Shown here: positions 26,341-45,300 of the stretch, piece after piece
How the letters are laid out: the number at the start of each line of letters is the position of its first letter
Numbering within the stretch: the first letter of the stretch is position 1
Assembly (NCBI GenBank): GCA_030704615.1
Contig: CM060733.1
Span: forward strand, 27,900,001 to 27,964,000
Length of the DNA stretch: 64,000 bases
Origin: Takakia lepidozioides
Taxonomy: Eukaryota; Plantae; Bryophyta
Direction of reading: 5' to 3'
Program-made: the position numbers and the translations under genes
The notes under the pieces: generated by a model
What the model saw: only the letters and a program-made list of their open reading frames with translations
What the model was told of the DNA's origin: nothing
The model's database searches: none

Positions 26341-27563
26341 AACCAGAAGCAGATGCTGGTGAAAAATCGCCAGATTTTGATCTGAAAACTCGGTCAGCTA
26401 CTTGTACAAAGGAATTAGGGGGGATAAAATCCGAGATTTTCGCCAAAAAGCACCAGCAGATGAATTTCAGGAGCCTAATCTTTCCGACGTGGACCAGTTA
26501 ACATGTGACACCTGGAATGTAGCCACTGTTCTAACTCTATCACCTCGATATTCTCGCCACATGGGCACTGGGTATAATTCACAGGTGGCCCCGCCAGCCA
26601 TTTTGGAAAAAAAAAAAAAAAAACACTGAGCGGATGTATCATAAAATAGGCCCGTGAATACTCATTATGGTAAAACTATTAACCGGCCAATAACCGGAAC
26701 TTGACGGAGCTGGGAGCTGACAGATATCTGCAACAAGAAAGATAAATATATCCGCAAGCCGACAAAGCAGTTACAGTGAAAAGGTAAGAGCCGTAGGACG
26801 GTGATGAGGACACAGAGACATGGCGGTAAAGTCCTGGCCCACGACTGCCCTCCATCTCTGGCGCTTGTCGCGAGGGCGGATTTTCCCTTGCTTCAAGCCC
26901 ACGTGTCCATATCTGACACCTGTCCAGGGCCGGGCCAGAATCTGCAGTTACAGCCCTCTGCCCCGCCGGCCAAACGTGTAATAATCCTGTATTGGGGCAA
27001 TGCGAAAATGTCAACATGTTTAACTTACGTTTCGTTTGACATCTTCCTATTGGATTTAACCTCTGGAAAAAAAAACCTCTAGATGTGTTACATCCTTCCA
27101 GAGTAAAGGTGCACCGAAAGCTTTTATACTGAACTTACCCTTCAACAAGGTAATACCTCAGCATGCACATAGTTTCAAGTGCTCTGCTTGAGTTTACCTT
27201 TGTGTGGGGGTAACACACAAAAACAAAGGAATGGTTTTTTCCATCCACCAAGCACTATTTTCATCCATGAATCAAAGAATGGCAGGCACAAGGAAGTTTA
27301 ACAAGCGGCTAGATGGGTATGGCTCCTCTTTGCAAATAGTGAAATCTACTTTCATCCTTAATAAACCTGAGAATTCATTCATTCATTTTTTCATAAATTG
27401 TTCAATAAGAAAGATGTTATCTGAGGGGAGGGATTACCTTGAGACGCACATAAGTAGTTTTCAGCAAAGGAGAGGAGATAACGCCTGGAAGGGGTTACCC
27501 ATTTTTGTCAACGATGCCTCTTTGGAATAAAGAGGAGCCAAAAATAAAACAAAAGACTCTAGT

Positions 27564-28160
27564 CATTATACACAGTCAAAGAAAAGTCCGTTGTGCCACT
27601 TATAGTTTCCTAATTTCCGTCAAGGGGGGAAGGCAGAACAGGGGCTTAGCGATTTTTGATGCCTAATTGACCGTTCCGTCAAGGGGGGAAGGCACAAAAG
27701 GGGCTTAGCGATTTTTGATCCCTAATTGATCGTTCCGTCAAGGGGGGAAGGCACAAAAGGGGCTTAGCGATTTTTGATCCCTAATTGAGCGTTCCGTCAA
27801 GGGGGGAAGGCACAACAGGGGCTTAGCGATTTTTTATCCCTAATTGATCGTACTGTCAAGGGGGGAAGGCACAAAAGGGGCTTAGCAATTTGTGATCCCT
27901 AATTGATCGTTCCGTCAAGGGGGGAAGGCACAAAAGGGGCTTAGCGATTTTTGATCCCTAATTGATCGTACCGTCCGTCGATGGGGGATGGCACAACAGG
28001 GGCTTAGCGATTTTTGACACTGATGCGTAGCCTCATTATACAGTCAAAGAAAAGTCGTGTGCGACTTATAGTTTCCTACTTGATCGTTCCGTCAAGGGGG
28101 GAAACCACAACAACAGGGGCTTAGTGATTTTTTATTCCTAATTGATCGTTCCGTCAAGGG
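27564..28160. repeat. ~59-bp tandem repeat (about 9 units) upstream of hexokinase
   Basis: GATCGTTCCGTCAAGGGGGGAAGGCACAAAAGGGGCTTAGCGATTTTTGATCCCTAATT repeated. The leader CATTATACA..GTCAAAGAAAAGTC is duplicated at 27564 and ~28035. Confidence 0.95.
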
Positions 28161-29531
28161 GTCGCCTCGACAAAATGGAGAGTTGTAGGGTGGTTCACTC
28201 CGAGGGTTGCGATATTGGATAATTAGCTTCAATTCCTTGTTGCTTGTAATTCACTACAGCAGTGGGATCTTATTCACCTATGATCTGGGTACGAATATAC
28301 TAGCAGGAAGAACCATTTAGGAGTCGATCTTACTTTTCTTTTCATCCATCCCCCTGAATCTCTGATATTAATAAAAGACCAAGCTAGGAAGAGGACAAGA
28401 CTGAATATGTTTAGAAATAACCTAGTCATAAATAACAGACTATTAGTGATATTATTAGAAGGATAAGTTCTGATTAAGGTTAAGTAATCACTTAAGCCTT
28501 GATCTAAGTAGGGATTAGGAGGTCTTAAGCAGGGTGAAGAGTTAAGGCAAGCAGGATGGTGGGGCCTTGGTAATATTCAAAGGGGCAGAGAGGGCGGGGT
28601 GATCGATACATACTAGTAGGGCACAGACCAGGATTCACACCCCGTTGAATATGTAGGCTGCGTTGAACTGTGCAGCAGCCCACGTTCTCTTGTGTTTCAA
28701 CTCATCGCCAGTCTCTTCAATCCTACTTGGGAAGTTGGGAGATCTGCTTGCTGCACAGTGTTTTTTCTTTTTTCCAGCAAGATTTCAAACTTGGGTTGTT
28801 GATCGATCGCTCTGAAGGGGATGCATTGCATATTTTTGGGAGGACAGGGATGGATGGGTTCTGCAAGCATTGCAAGGCCTTAGCAGTGATGGATCTGAGC
28901 CAGGGAGCAGCAGCAACAGCTTCTCTCCAGCTTCCATAGAGGTCACACACCTTCTGCTGCTCTTGGAGTGCACACGTTTGTGTTTGTGTTTTGGTTGAGG
29001 GGTCTCTGTCGGTGTCTGTAGGCTGGCGGGAGCTTCGGAAGAGTTAATTGCAGTCGATGAACGCGATCTGGTTCGGCGGTCGCTCGATCGATTAGCTGTC
29101 TCGGGCAATGATGGGGACACGTAGGCCCGAGACGAAGTGGTACCGTGCCATAAATTCCACTTAGGAAAGGAATGCTAATGCGGTTGTCGGTTCGACGTCA
29201 TAGCAACACTCCTCCTACGAGGTGTAAATCTGCTGGGAATACATTCGGAGTGGGGTCTGCGAGCTTGTTCCGCCTCTGCCAGGGTCCGTTGTTGTAGGTG
29301 AACGTGTGTGTGCGAGAAAACAAAAGTCAGTACACCCGATCGTCCAGAATAGTTTTTTTTTTTCCCCCTTTAAGCGTGGAAGTAGGTCCTGAGATGGCAG
29401 GCTTTGTGGTTGCGCAGACTAAGGAGGTGAGGCAACCAAGGGGTAGAATTCGCCAAGAACCTCAAGGCCACAAGGCCAGCTGAGCAGGTGTTTGTCATCA
29501 AGCCAGTTTTCCGGAGTCATTCCCCGGCAGC

Positions 29532-34925
<5,394 letters not shown>

Positions 34926-36307
34926 AAATGATGAATATGAAATTGTCAATCTGTTATTGACCATAGGTTACACAATGTAAAATACTTTCACACGTGACAG
35001 TGATACAATGTCCACTTGCCAGCAAGCCCCAGGGAGGTCAAAGGCATTTGGGACTAGATGAATTTTTCATACAACCCTTTTCTCGGATGGTACTACTCGG
35101 CATGCTGATAGAGAAATCTGTCCAATTTGTTAGTTGCAAGCTTCTGTGTGACTTTCAGTGGCTTCACGCCTTTGCTTAACACTTTGCACCTTGTCCTGCT
35201 TTCATTCAGCTCCTGGCAGGAAGGGTAAGATCTATAGTCAAACAACTTGATCCTTTGTAGGAAATCCTGAGGGAAGGTGTTGCATTCATGCAGTTGCAAC
35301 TGTGGACAATGAGGTTGAGCAAACTCAAAATATGGGTGAGGTCAGGTTCAGGAGAAGTAATTTGATCTTAGCAAGTGGGAATCTGTAGCACAATCTCATC
35401 CCATACAAACAGCATTATTCATGTGGAAGTGCTGGGGTAGCAGTAGTTCCAGGAGCAATTTGTACATACTTTTTTTGTGTCGTACAATTCAAGGAAGCAC
35501 ATCAGAACTTCATGTGGAGGACCAACAGGTTAGAAACCATTGGAAGGTGCTGTCTGTGATCCACACATGAGGAGCCTCAGAGGAGGCCTGGGAACTGTAT
35601 TGAAGTGGAGGAGTTGGAATTTTTGGTATGATCTCTGTGGTCTTGTCTTGACCATATTTTTAATCCAATAATATGCTTCACAGCAGTGTTTTTTTTGGGT
35701 CTTACGCATGTTGCTCTACTGGCGACAAACTGAGCAGTGAAGTGGGCAGTTGTGGCTATAAAGCAGGATTGATCATTGAAAATGAAGGCGATTTTTACTG
35801 CTCATGTGTAAGTGAAGAAGGCGACTGTGAATTGTCCTGTGTCGAATAGTTTTGGCTATTGTTCAGTTTTTACTGTAGCAGTTTTAGCGATGTGAGTTGT
35901 ATGGTTGTAAGCAGGCTGGCGAAATTACTAGTGTGGAGCAGATTGCATTCATTCATCAATCATGCAAACCCCACTCAAAGCAACAATACACGCAAGCATT
36001 ACATGGCCAAGTCAGTGTTGCAAACCAGAATACAATCAGAGCACAACAAATAACATGAACAATAACATACACTAGTGTGGGATGTGAACCCCAGTCCATA
36101 AGCCAATCCGACATGAGTGACCTGCACCCTACAACCCAACCCAGCCTACACATACACACAAAACCACTGAAACTCATGCCTGCTAGACTCCAAACAATAA
36201 TGTTGATCTTCACCTGCAATAGAACAAGAATGACAAAAGAACATAACTGAAATATAAGAGCAAAAATAAACATTATGTCAAATTGTCATTACTCTTTGTG
36301 GCAGCCC

Positions 36308-38640
36308 CTATGCATTGAAAGCATAGCGAGTCTTGGCATCTTTCCACTGCACAATACACTCTCCGAAAGGGAAAGTGTCAATGGTAAAGAACTTATGTGC
36401 AAACATGCGCACTACAAGTGGCAAATGCCTTGTCAACCGATTCTTGAGCTTTGACTTGACAAAAGTGAGAGTGCTAAATGTGCGCTCGTCTTCCACACTG
36501 TACTATAGCTATTTCAGCGATCTTCATGTACTCGGGGATCTTGGCTATCAACACTTGGGAACTTCCCAAATTTTGCCACAGTTTGATAAGAGGGTTCAGC
36601 TCAATGGGCTTCTCCAAAGCCATAACACAATTGTTCTTCATTGTCATCTTAAACAAAGAAGCTTGCAAGTCCAAATCTTGTGCATTCAAAAGAGCTGGAA
36701 CAGTTATATTACCAACCCACTTAGGAGAGCAATATGTCGCCTTGATGACATTGAGATGGTAAAGAAACCCCATGTGAGCATCATGGCATGTCCAGAATTG
36801 GGGGTATACAATACCCATAGTCTCCATGAGATTTTGGGCTAGAAAACGTCTTTCCAACTCCCTTACAAGTTGTGTTGCTACATCCTTACAGCGAGTCTGA
36901 ACATCAGCCAACACCCTCCTCCAAACCTCCTTAGTGACCCAAACCACTTCCATAGTCTGAATATTCATGTGCTTGGCCCAAACATGTTTTCCTTGACACT
37001 CAATTGCTAAATGGTCTGTTGAAGTAGCAGGAAGAAACCCACAATAATATTAAGGTGGAATGATTGACCTCAGCCAGACTTCGAAATTCAGCAAACTCGG
37101 GGCTTGTAAATGCCGTCGTGGCACTGTATACATAGCATAGACCTGTCAGATTGGCAAATTTTCACTGTTGTGATGAAATCAACCACAAAAGTGTCATGAG
37201 CTTGTGCAAACTTCATCAAGGAGTTCACAGCTTTGAGCAAGGGAAATACATAGCACAAACCCAAGAAAAGCTCAATATCAACAAGGAGGTCAAGGTTGGA
37301 AGCTGCTTTGGCCTCCCCCACGTTGTCCAACGCCATCTTAACCACAAGAGTCATATACTCAGCCATAACTCTCACGGCTGGTTTGAGCATACTGATCCAC
37401 CGGGTTTTAATGTTCCGAAGAATTTTGTTACCTTTGGTCTCTATCAACTCGGCTAACTTCTAAAATTCAAGGTGACGTTCTGGACTATGTGCAAAAATAA
37501 GAATGCAAGGATTGTAGGAAAGTTTCCAGCCGATTCACCAAGCTAAGGTCACTCAAAGTTTGGACTGCCAAATTGGTGCGGTGGGCCATACAATGGACCC
37601 CCACCATGCGAGGAGCATCTTTCTGCTGCAATTGCATAGTGACACCTATCCGCATGCCCTGAAAGACACTCACACCATCTGCGCCAAATGAATCCAGACT
37701 TTGGGCCAATTTCTCCCTCGTCAGACCTTCACCAATCAAGAGGGCTTCAACTATGACTCTCTTCAATGCAACCGCATTTGCACCATCACCATCTACAAGT
37801 CTCTCCAATGTGAGGAGTATGGGTAGTAGCTGAAAGGGGGCAGTAGCCGCAAGGCGAAGTGACCTTAGTTACGCCGGCCTCGGCCGGAGTCTTCTCTCTC
37901 TGCCAATTTTGGACACAATAAACATGAACAGATGCCCAATTTTGGTTATCAATTGAAGTTACCTCATCGGATGATACTGAAATGTACCTAGATGCCTTCA
38001 CAACCTCCCTGGTGGCTTGCAATACTTCTGAATCCATGCATTCCGCCATCTCCCAGCCGCTATTATCGGACCAATGTTTGTTTGGAGTTTTCTTTACTTT
38101 CGGCCGCTTGAAAAGATCTTTCACCCCATCAAAGTCAGCCATGGGCTTACCTTGGTTAAGGATGTGGCAAACAACAATAAATTGGACCAACTTCCTCTTA
38201 TCTTGGGCCATCTCTCCAGCAATTTGCATTTGAATCACTGAATCCCTCAAGGAAGCTGCATACAGAGCTTCATTCTTGCAATGTTGGCTCTCTTTGCTGT
38301 AGTAAAACTTCCCTACTGGTACTCCAGGCATGGCAGTTGTTGCCTTCCTCTTACTTGCATGCTTGATCAAGGAATCTAACTTAGGCACAAAGATTTTGTC
38401 TTTCCCTCAATTCTGGAGCAGACCTTGTACCTTACAAAATGAATCATGCCATCCTCCCCACAACACTTTCTGCCCATGTAATCTAACAGCCCAAACATCT
38501 TGAAACTTTCTGTTTAGGTCATATTGGGCTTGTTTCCTCTTCTTGTTGCTAGGAAAGGCTTCATTTGTGGACAAAATCAACTGTGCAGAGCTACATTCAC
38601 CAACAACATGAGTACAGGGACTGACACTAGATATTCCACC
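36308..38640 (-). pseudogene. hAT-superfamily transposase, disrupted
   Basis: ISVSSDEVTSID, FGADGVSV, VHCMAHRTNLA (CxxH), IKTRWISML, and the C-terminal dimerisation region VEDERTFSTLTFVKSKLKNRL. Contains stops, frameshifts and a ~70-bp insertion. A possible TIR CAGTGTTTTT lies at 35684. Confidence 0.9.
37826..37900 (+). mobile_element. ~70-bp copy of the LINE 3' end inserted in the hAT transposase
   Basis: TGAAAGGGGGCAGTAGCCGCAAGGCGAAGTGACCTTAGTTACGCCGG..AGTCTTCTCTCTC aligns with the reverse complement of 39660-39735. It splits YCVQNWQR / PILLTLERLVDG. Confidence 0.85.
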
Positions 38641-39412
38641 ATCTGAAGAGGTTCCTTGTGGTGGTGAGACAATTTAATACCCACTATGTGACAGGCCTGC
38701 ACTAGCTGAATTACTGTGGGATGAATTCAGGTTGGGTGAACGAGATTCAGGAACCCTGGAAGAAAATAAATACTTGTGTTTGAAGTTACTCGGCAGTTTC
38801 AGAGGACCCATTCCCACAGACCCGACTTCAACCTACAAGCTGATAGAGAGCAAGATGATCAGAAGTAGGGAAAAGATCGATCATTTTTCCAACACTCACT
38901 TGAGAAAGTAATGACTCTTGAGTTATAGCTTGAAGATCACAAACCTCACAAATCAGGCTGACCGCCTCTTTATCCATTGCAAACCTGCATTCTAAGCTGA
39001 ACCGCTTCTCATGAAAACACAAGTGTTACAAAACAACTCGAACCTGGCACTCACAGACTCGAGCTCCTCTTTCTCGAGTGATAAAGAGGGAATGATACAA
39101 GCATACAAGCTCTCTCAAACTCACACACTTGCACATGGAAACATCACTCATATATTAAGTCGAGCCAAGTGCACCCCACGCCATGGGGAATCCACACTAC
39201 GGCGCCATAGCTAGACGCGGTGAGGCTCAACTCGAGAAAGAAGAGCCCACCGCGATCTGCCGTGAAGATAACAATGTTAGGTGCCCAAACATATATTGGC
39301 CCCTGGATTGACACTTGGATCAATCCCAAATGTCAATACATAAAAGCTAGTTATTTCCTAGCTAACTTCACACTAGTGATAAAATAACTTGACATGCATT
39401 ATGGGTCTTTAC

Positions 39413-39655
39413 CAGTGTTGGGCAGTTCTTGCATTTGTGAAGGAACCTTCGGTTCCGATTCCACAATAATTTCAAGAGACGGTTCCGGATCCGGTTCTGA
39501 TTTTTTTTTCTTGAGCCGGTTCTGGATCCAACTTTTAAACAGGGGGGCGATTCCGGTTACCGATTAGTTGTTGAAAAAAACCACCGGTTCCCGGTTAGGT
39601 TCCAGTTCTATTTTTAAATTGTTTTTATTTACTCTAATTATTTTAAAAATATTTT
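39413..39655. mobile_element. Left half of a hAT-type MITE truncated by the LINE insertion
   Basis: CAGTGTTGGGCAG TIR as at 20418, with GGTTCC/CCGGTT subterminal repeats; ends at the LINE tail. Confidence 0.7.
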
Positions 39656-42396
39656 AGAGAAGAGAGAATAAGACTCTAGCCTGAACCGGCGTAACTAAGA
39701 GCCACTTCGCCTTGCGGCTCCTGCCCCTTTTCAGGGGTGGGCCTTATGTGAGAACCGGTGTCCAAATGACACCACTGGACAAGCAAAGGGAGTAGTACCC
39801 GTGGCGCAAGGGGTACAAGGTGGTACCCGTGGGGCCCATGGGTACCGACAAAGTACCCAGAGGCGCCCTGCACCTATGGGAGGGGAGGAGGGCTGGATTC
39901 GAGCTGGCGTTTGTTGCTGATGATAGCAGTGAGAGATCGAAGTGCGGTGAGGTGTATGGCTTTGAAGCATTTGTGGATGGAAATGATAGGGATTTGGAAA
40001 TTGTTTAGAAGGGCAAAGATGCTATCATTATGGATGCCCCCTCTGGTGCCAGCAGTGATGACAGTAAGTGGGCCTGTGGCCCATCCCCGTCGTCGGATAG
40101 CAAGGATGAGTGGTGCATATTTTTGGCGTTTTTCGAGGATGGAGGAGCTGGGGAAGCGGTCATGGCAGAACGTAAATTCTATGAAATGTATGGTGATGGT
40201 TGGGGATGGTACAGACGGTGGGATAGCATTAATGGGGAGGCCCTCGACTAGGAGGATGTCTGGGCATAGTCTCGCGGGACATGTACATGACGTGTGAGGT
40301 TGGCATCTACAAGGAAGTAGCCATGTAGGTACCGTATGGTCCGGAGGCCGGCCTTGGTAGGTGCCAGCATTGATGAGTGTAAACCATCTAGTTTCATTGC
40401 GTCATAATAGGAGTTTATGGATATGCCATACGGCATGGTTATGTCTAGCAATACGAAGTCCGTGAATGACGGGGTATGGACATTCGCTAAGAAGATGGGG
40501 CCAGGTATCGCGTGTGCGTGGATGTGGGAGTAGAGTGGGCAGTGCGGAGATGGGAATAGGGTAGGCCAGAAGGTGTGTTTGCGTTGATGGCCCATGTACT
40601 GGGCGTATCTGAATTTAAGTGTTTGTCGTATTTGTGCATCAGATGCAGCTTTAGTATTCCAGAAGTGGTTTGATAATTTATGGTGAAGGACAATGGAGAT
40701 GATCCATTTTTGGATCTGTAGTTTGGTGTGGCTAAGAGAGGCTAAAGCTTGTTTGTTGGCTTCTTTAGTCAGGGTGGTAAGGAGGTTACGAATTGGACAG
40801 GGTTTTAGGGGGTCAGGTATCCGGTGAATCAGCCAAAATGGGTGGACATCAGCAATGTGGATGGGGTCGGCTGACGGTTCTACTGGGGGTTTGGAGGCCC
40901 CCAGCTGGGCAAGGAAGTCTGCCTCCTCGTTGCCATTAATACCAGTATATGAACGAACTTTGAGAAAAGGACGGGTTTATCGATGGAGATGGCGAGGTTG
41001 ATAATAGCATAGATAAGGTTTCGATCGGGGTGGCGGTGGTGGGAGGAAGGGCAGGCAATGTGGTTACGAAGTATAAAGAGTGAGTTAAGGCTATCCGTGA
41101 AGATGTAGTATGGTGGCGGAAACGAGGCTAATTGTGATAGAGCTTAAAAAATAGCCATAAGTTCGGCACGGAGTATGGTTATGGAGCCTGGAAGTTGATG
41201 GGCGGTCCCATGGTTAGTGGCGGCATGGTAGACGCCATATCCGGCATGGGAGCCAGATTGGGAGCCGTCTGTGTAGTGTGAGTGGAGTGGGGGATATTTG
41301 GGGGAGGTAGGCCCCAAATAAACCGAAGGGGCATCGTGGGAGGTTACATTATGGAGGGTAATGGGGCGGGGTGGTGTCTTGTCCCATGCTTTGTTAGTTT
41401 TTGGCCTAGGGGGTGGTCTGGCGAGAGGGCTGTGTGCTGGCGGGGGTGAATAAGTGGTGAGTACCATGCCATGGATGTCGGATAGAAGATGTTTGAGGCG
41501 AGTGGGAAAGTCTGGCAGTATGGAGGTATGGGGGGTATTTTGGACGAGTAGAAGTAGGGTTAGAGTGGGTTCTTTGTGGCAGAGGTACTTGGGAAAAGGT
41601 AGGTTGCGTGTATAGCGAAGTTGGTTGGGTTCAATGGCTGCTAATGGTGTTACCCCCCTGGGGAGTTGTAGAAGGGGGTGTTGTTGGTCAGGTGACCTTT
41701 GCTGTGTGAGAATGAGGATAATGGTGGAGGAGGGGGAGGAGTGGGCGGCAAGGCGCCATTGAAGAGCCTCATGTGTGAGGGGCCCGGGTGGCGGGTGGGC
41801 AAGGCCGCTGCCCGACCAGGTATGTTCGGTTGCGGAGCTTAGGGCTCCGAATACACAGTCGCGAGGGTGCAGGCTGTCATAGGAATCGAGCTCAATGGGA
41901 CACGTGAGTGGACTTGAGTAATAGGAGTGGGTAATCTGAAATGAGGTAATGAGAAACTTGAGGATGTTTGAGGGGATGGTGCTATGTATATAGGCTTGAG
42001 CTAGTTTGTTGTGGGGTTTTTTTGGAGGGGTGTCGCTTATATATCTATCAACAAGCCAACAGACTTCAGTGGCGAAGTCTTGCTTTGGGGGTTGTAGCTG
42101 GCTAGTGTGAGTGAGGGAGGCAGTATATTTATCCCAGAGCCAGGCAATCCTGACATGAGAGATAGACCCGACAAAGCGACCATTGATTGTGTAAATATTG
42201 GATACTGTACGGCTGGGGCATATGATGGGGAAGACTTGGTTAATATCTTTGTCGGGGTTACATTCAGTGATTGTTATATGAATATTTGGGGCGACTAATG
42301 GGTTGCGAATGTATCGGGCGTCCATCGATTGGGTTTGGGAGATATGGTGTTTGTGGGTGTGTACCAAGTATTGGGTGTTAGTTGAGAGTACATGTC
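39656..42396 (-). mobile_element. Dualen/RandI-like LINE 3' part: RNase H + CCHC finger + restriction-like endonuclease + TC-rich tail
   Basis: RNase H: HYTDGSQ..AGYGVY..TILRAELMAI..IFTDSLNS..KVRSYTGINGNEEAD. Finger region: DTWPHLLSEC..ARHNHAV. REL: RLCPDILLVEG..IEFTFCHDRF..KRQKYAPL. Several stops and frameshifts. Confidence 0.85.
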
Positions 42397-45300
42397 CACT
42401 AGAAGAGAAACCGGCTTTTTCCACGGCTCTTTTCACACTTTTTGCCGTGGAATCCGCCCCAGTCCACACCTGCCGTAGGTGTAAGAAACGACTAGTGCTT
42501 TTGGACACCCCGTGGACGGCCTGGCTCTCGAGTGGCCCTGTGGAAAAGTCCACAGGTGGTTGAATCCACGGGTGGCCTTTTTCACGGGGTTCATGGCTTT
42601 TTCCACGGGCGACGTGTGCTTTGGCGAACACCGCAACGTGGATCCTAGATGTACAAAGGTGTGGACTTGTCCACACCTAAGGAAAAACCATGCGACAGCC
42701 TGTCACCAGGGTTTGACGACATCTGGGCAACGGTGTGTGCAACACGTGTATTTTTGTGAGGATGACACGTGTATGGACACGAAGAGGCGTTGTGCACGTA
42801 TGTGGAGCGGACATCTGGCGTGGCATGTGGGTGTGAAAAAAGCCATTCGGTGTGAGACCATCCACTGGCTCTTTTCACAGCTTCAGCAAGTTTGGAGGCC
42901 ACGTGTTCTTTGGCAAACACCGCCACGTGGATTCTAAACGTACAAAGGGTGTGGACTTGTCCACACCTACGGAAAAATGATGCGACACCCTGTCACCTGG
43001 GCTTGACGACATGTGGGCAACAGTATGGGCAACACGTGTATTTTGGAGAGGATGGCACGTGGCATAATCTGCATGGAGTGGGTGTGTAGTATTTTACTGC
43101 CTATACTGTAGGCCATTCCACATAGCTGTGGAGCATACCATAGTGGGTGTGAAATATTCTACTGCTGATGTTGTAGGTCATTCCACAAAAATGTGGAGGA
43201 TGCCACAGGCAAGCTGCGGTTGATTTCACATATTTGTGACGTCATGGTGTGCACAATTAATCCACAGGCATTATGATCATATCACAAATCGTGATATTGT
43301 CCACACTGTCAATTTCACAGTCCATGTGAAATATGACTCATATACATAAACACAATTCCAAAGCACCACGGCAACAACCTGCTCATGACATGTACAATTG
43401 ACTAAGCATGGCCAGAACAACAGAAAGAATGACCAGATGCAAGGGTGCTTCAAAGTTGGGTACGCCCTTCATTGCCCAAATACAGTTTAGTCTGAACATG
43501 CAAGTATTGTAGAGTCTGCACTGCTGATCACAACCCCACAATGTACCCAAATCCTACATTGATGCGCAAAATCACGAAGAAAAGGTGAAATCGATATGAA
43601 GTGGCGTTCAGTCAAAATTGCCTTCAAACTGAGGATCCCCCACAACCTCATGTTCGGGTCAGTTTGAGGAACTTGGCAGACCACAGGGCTGTGCTGCCTA
43701 CAGTGTCACTGAGCATCACAACGAGAGGCCTAACATCATTGTTGGGGTATGGTAGAGCAACATCTGCCCCATGTACTGTTTCAACCGAGACAACATGATA
43801 ATCGGCATGAACGACATAAGCCTGCCAGTCAGTCGACATGCCCAATATATGGCCCACGCTTGCCTTCCGTTTGGGTGCATTGGGGTCAAACATTGTGACC
43901 TTGTCACCAACCTGAAACTGGAACAGCCAACACCACCAATGTGTGCCCTTGTCATTTGTTATGCACATGAAACAGTTATGGACAGGGAAAACGCGAGATG
44001 TCATCATATAGCCAAAATACGGATGTACTTCCACGAAGGGAAACTTACAACAGGAGCCGGCGCTTTGAAGCTTCCCATACGACTCCCATCAACGTTGCTG
44101 GCAGCAAGTCTTGCGGACTTCTTGGTCATCTTCACCGCAACAATTTCCTTTGGTGGCTTCTGAATCAATAGAAACCCACACATGTACACATAATTCATGA
44201 ACGGCCTGCAGGTATTGCATAATCGACTTGGAACAGCACAAGAATATAGGAACACGAGTACTTACCTTCCGAACAACGGCCAATTTTGTTGTTGAATCAA
44301 TGTTCTTCCCTGCCCCAACAATAACCACTTCTGTGCCCTTAGCCCCTGCCCCTATGTCTTGGGCACTCTGTCTAAGTTCACTGCCGGTGTGATCCTCCAC
44401 TACAGGCACTCCCTTCTCAATAAGGGGGGATAGGTCATCATTGGCACCATAATTAAGGCAAGGATCGTCACATGCCATGTTCTGAACTTTGTCCTCACCT
44501 GTGGCATCTTCTTCCACAATACTGCCCCCTTTCCTTTGTCCACTGCCTCCACTGCTAGGAGGCTGCTCACCTGTACTTGTCATTTCCACAGTAGCCGCAG
44601 GTGGGACAACACCATGAACAGGGGGCAACAACTCACACACAATGTTTGATGCTGATGGAGATTCATCCCTAAGCAGGTCCAAACCGAGCTTCGCTGCCAA
44701 TGCCATGTTGAACTTCTCTGTCTTAGATACTGCAGCAGCAAACATGGATTTCACTACCTGCAATTCCAATTTGTGCTCCATTGAGCTGGCCTCCATTGTA
44801 TGTTTCCATCCTTCCAAGCCATCAAGCCGAGAAGCCAATGCTCCAAGGCCCTGCCACAAATAGAGTGCAAATACGATTCAATACATCGATCGCACTAGCC
44901 ATGCGAGGTAATTTATTGGCATATGTACAAGAAGGCAAAACCATAAATAATTGACAAGCACATCATTGCAACAAATGCAGGTGGGTTAGTTACTTACAGA
45001 ACGGGTGGCCCCTGCTGAATCAGAACCATACCCCTTGTTGCTATTCTTGCTCCCCGAAATTTCGGATAGAAGTGGAGGACGACCACTTGTCTTAGCCTAC
45101 ACATGGACATGATATGGGAATATTAGTGCCATCCTCTAAGAGTAAGATACAAATGACAAGACACCTCGCTACCTGAATATATTGGCAATGTCATGAGACA
45201 GGCAGATTTACCAGACGTTCCTCAACGCCGCTAAGGCCACTGCGTCCAGATCTCGAAGGGGCACCAACATGCCCCCGTGCATGCTTGCCATTATCAGTAC

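Noticed and set aside
28660-29120. Divergent gene, miR408-like or snoRNA locus upstream of HXK
   Set aside because: Only partial motif similarity; no convincing hairpin, C/D boxes or recognisable protein.
37826-37900. Hammerhead, twister or HDV ribozyme
   Set aside because: CTGA..GAA and GTTACGCCGG are suggestive, but the required cores (CUGANGA/GAAA, the twister L4 loop, the HDV pseudoknot) could not be built.
41144-42676. 510-aa ORF as a real gene
   Set aside because: It is chimeric: the first ~93 codons are CACTA subterminal DNA and the rest is LINE ORF.
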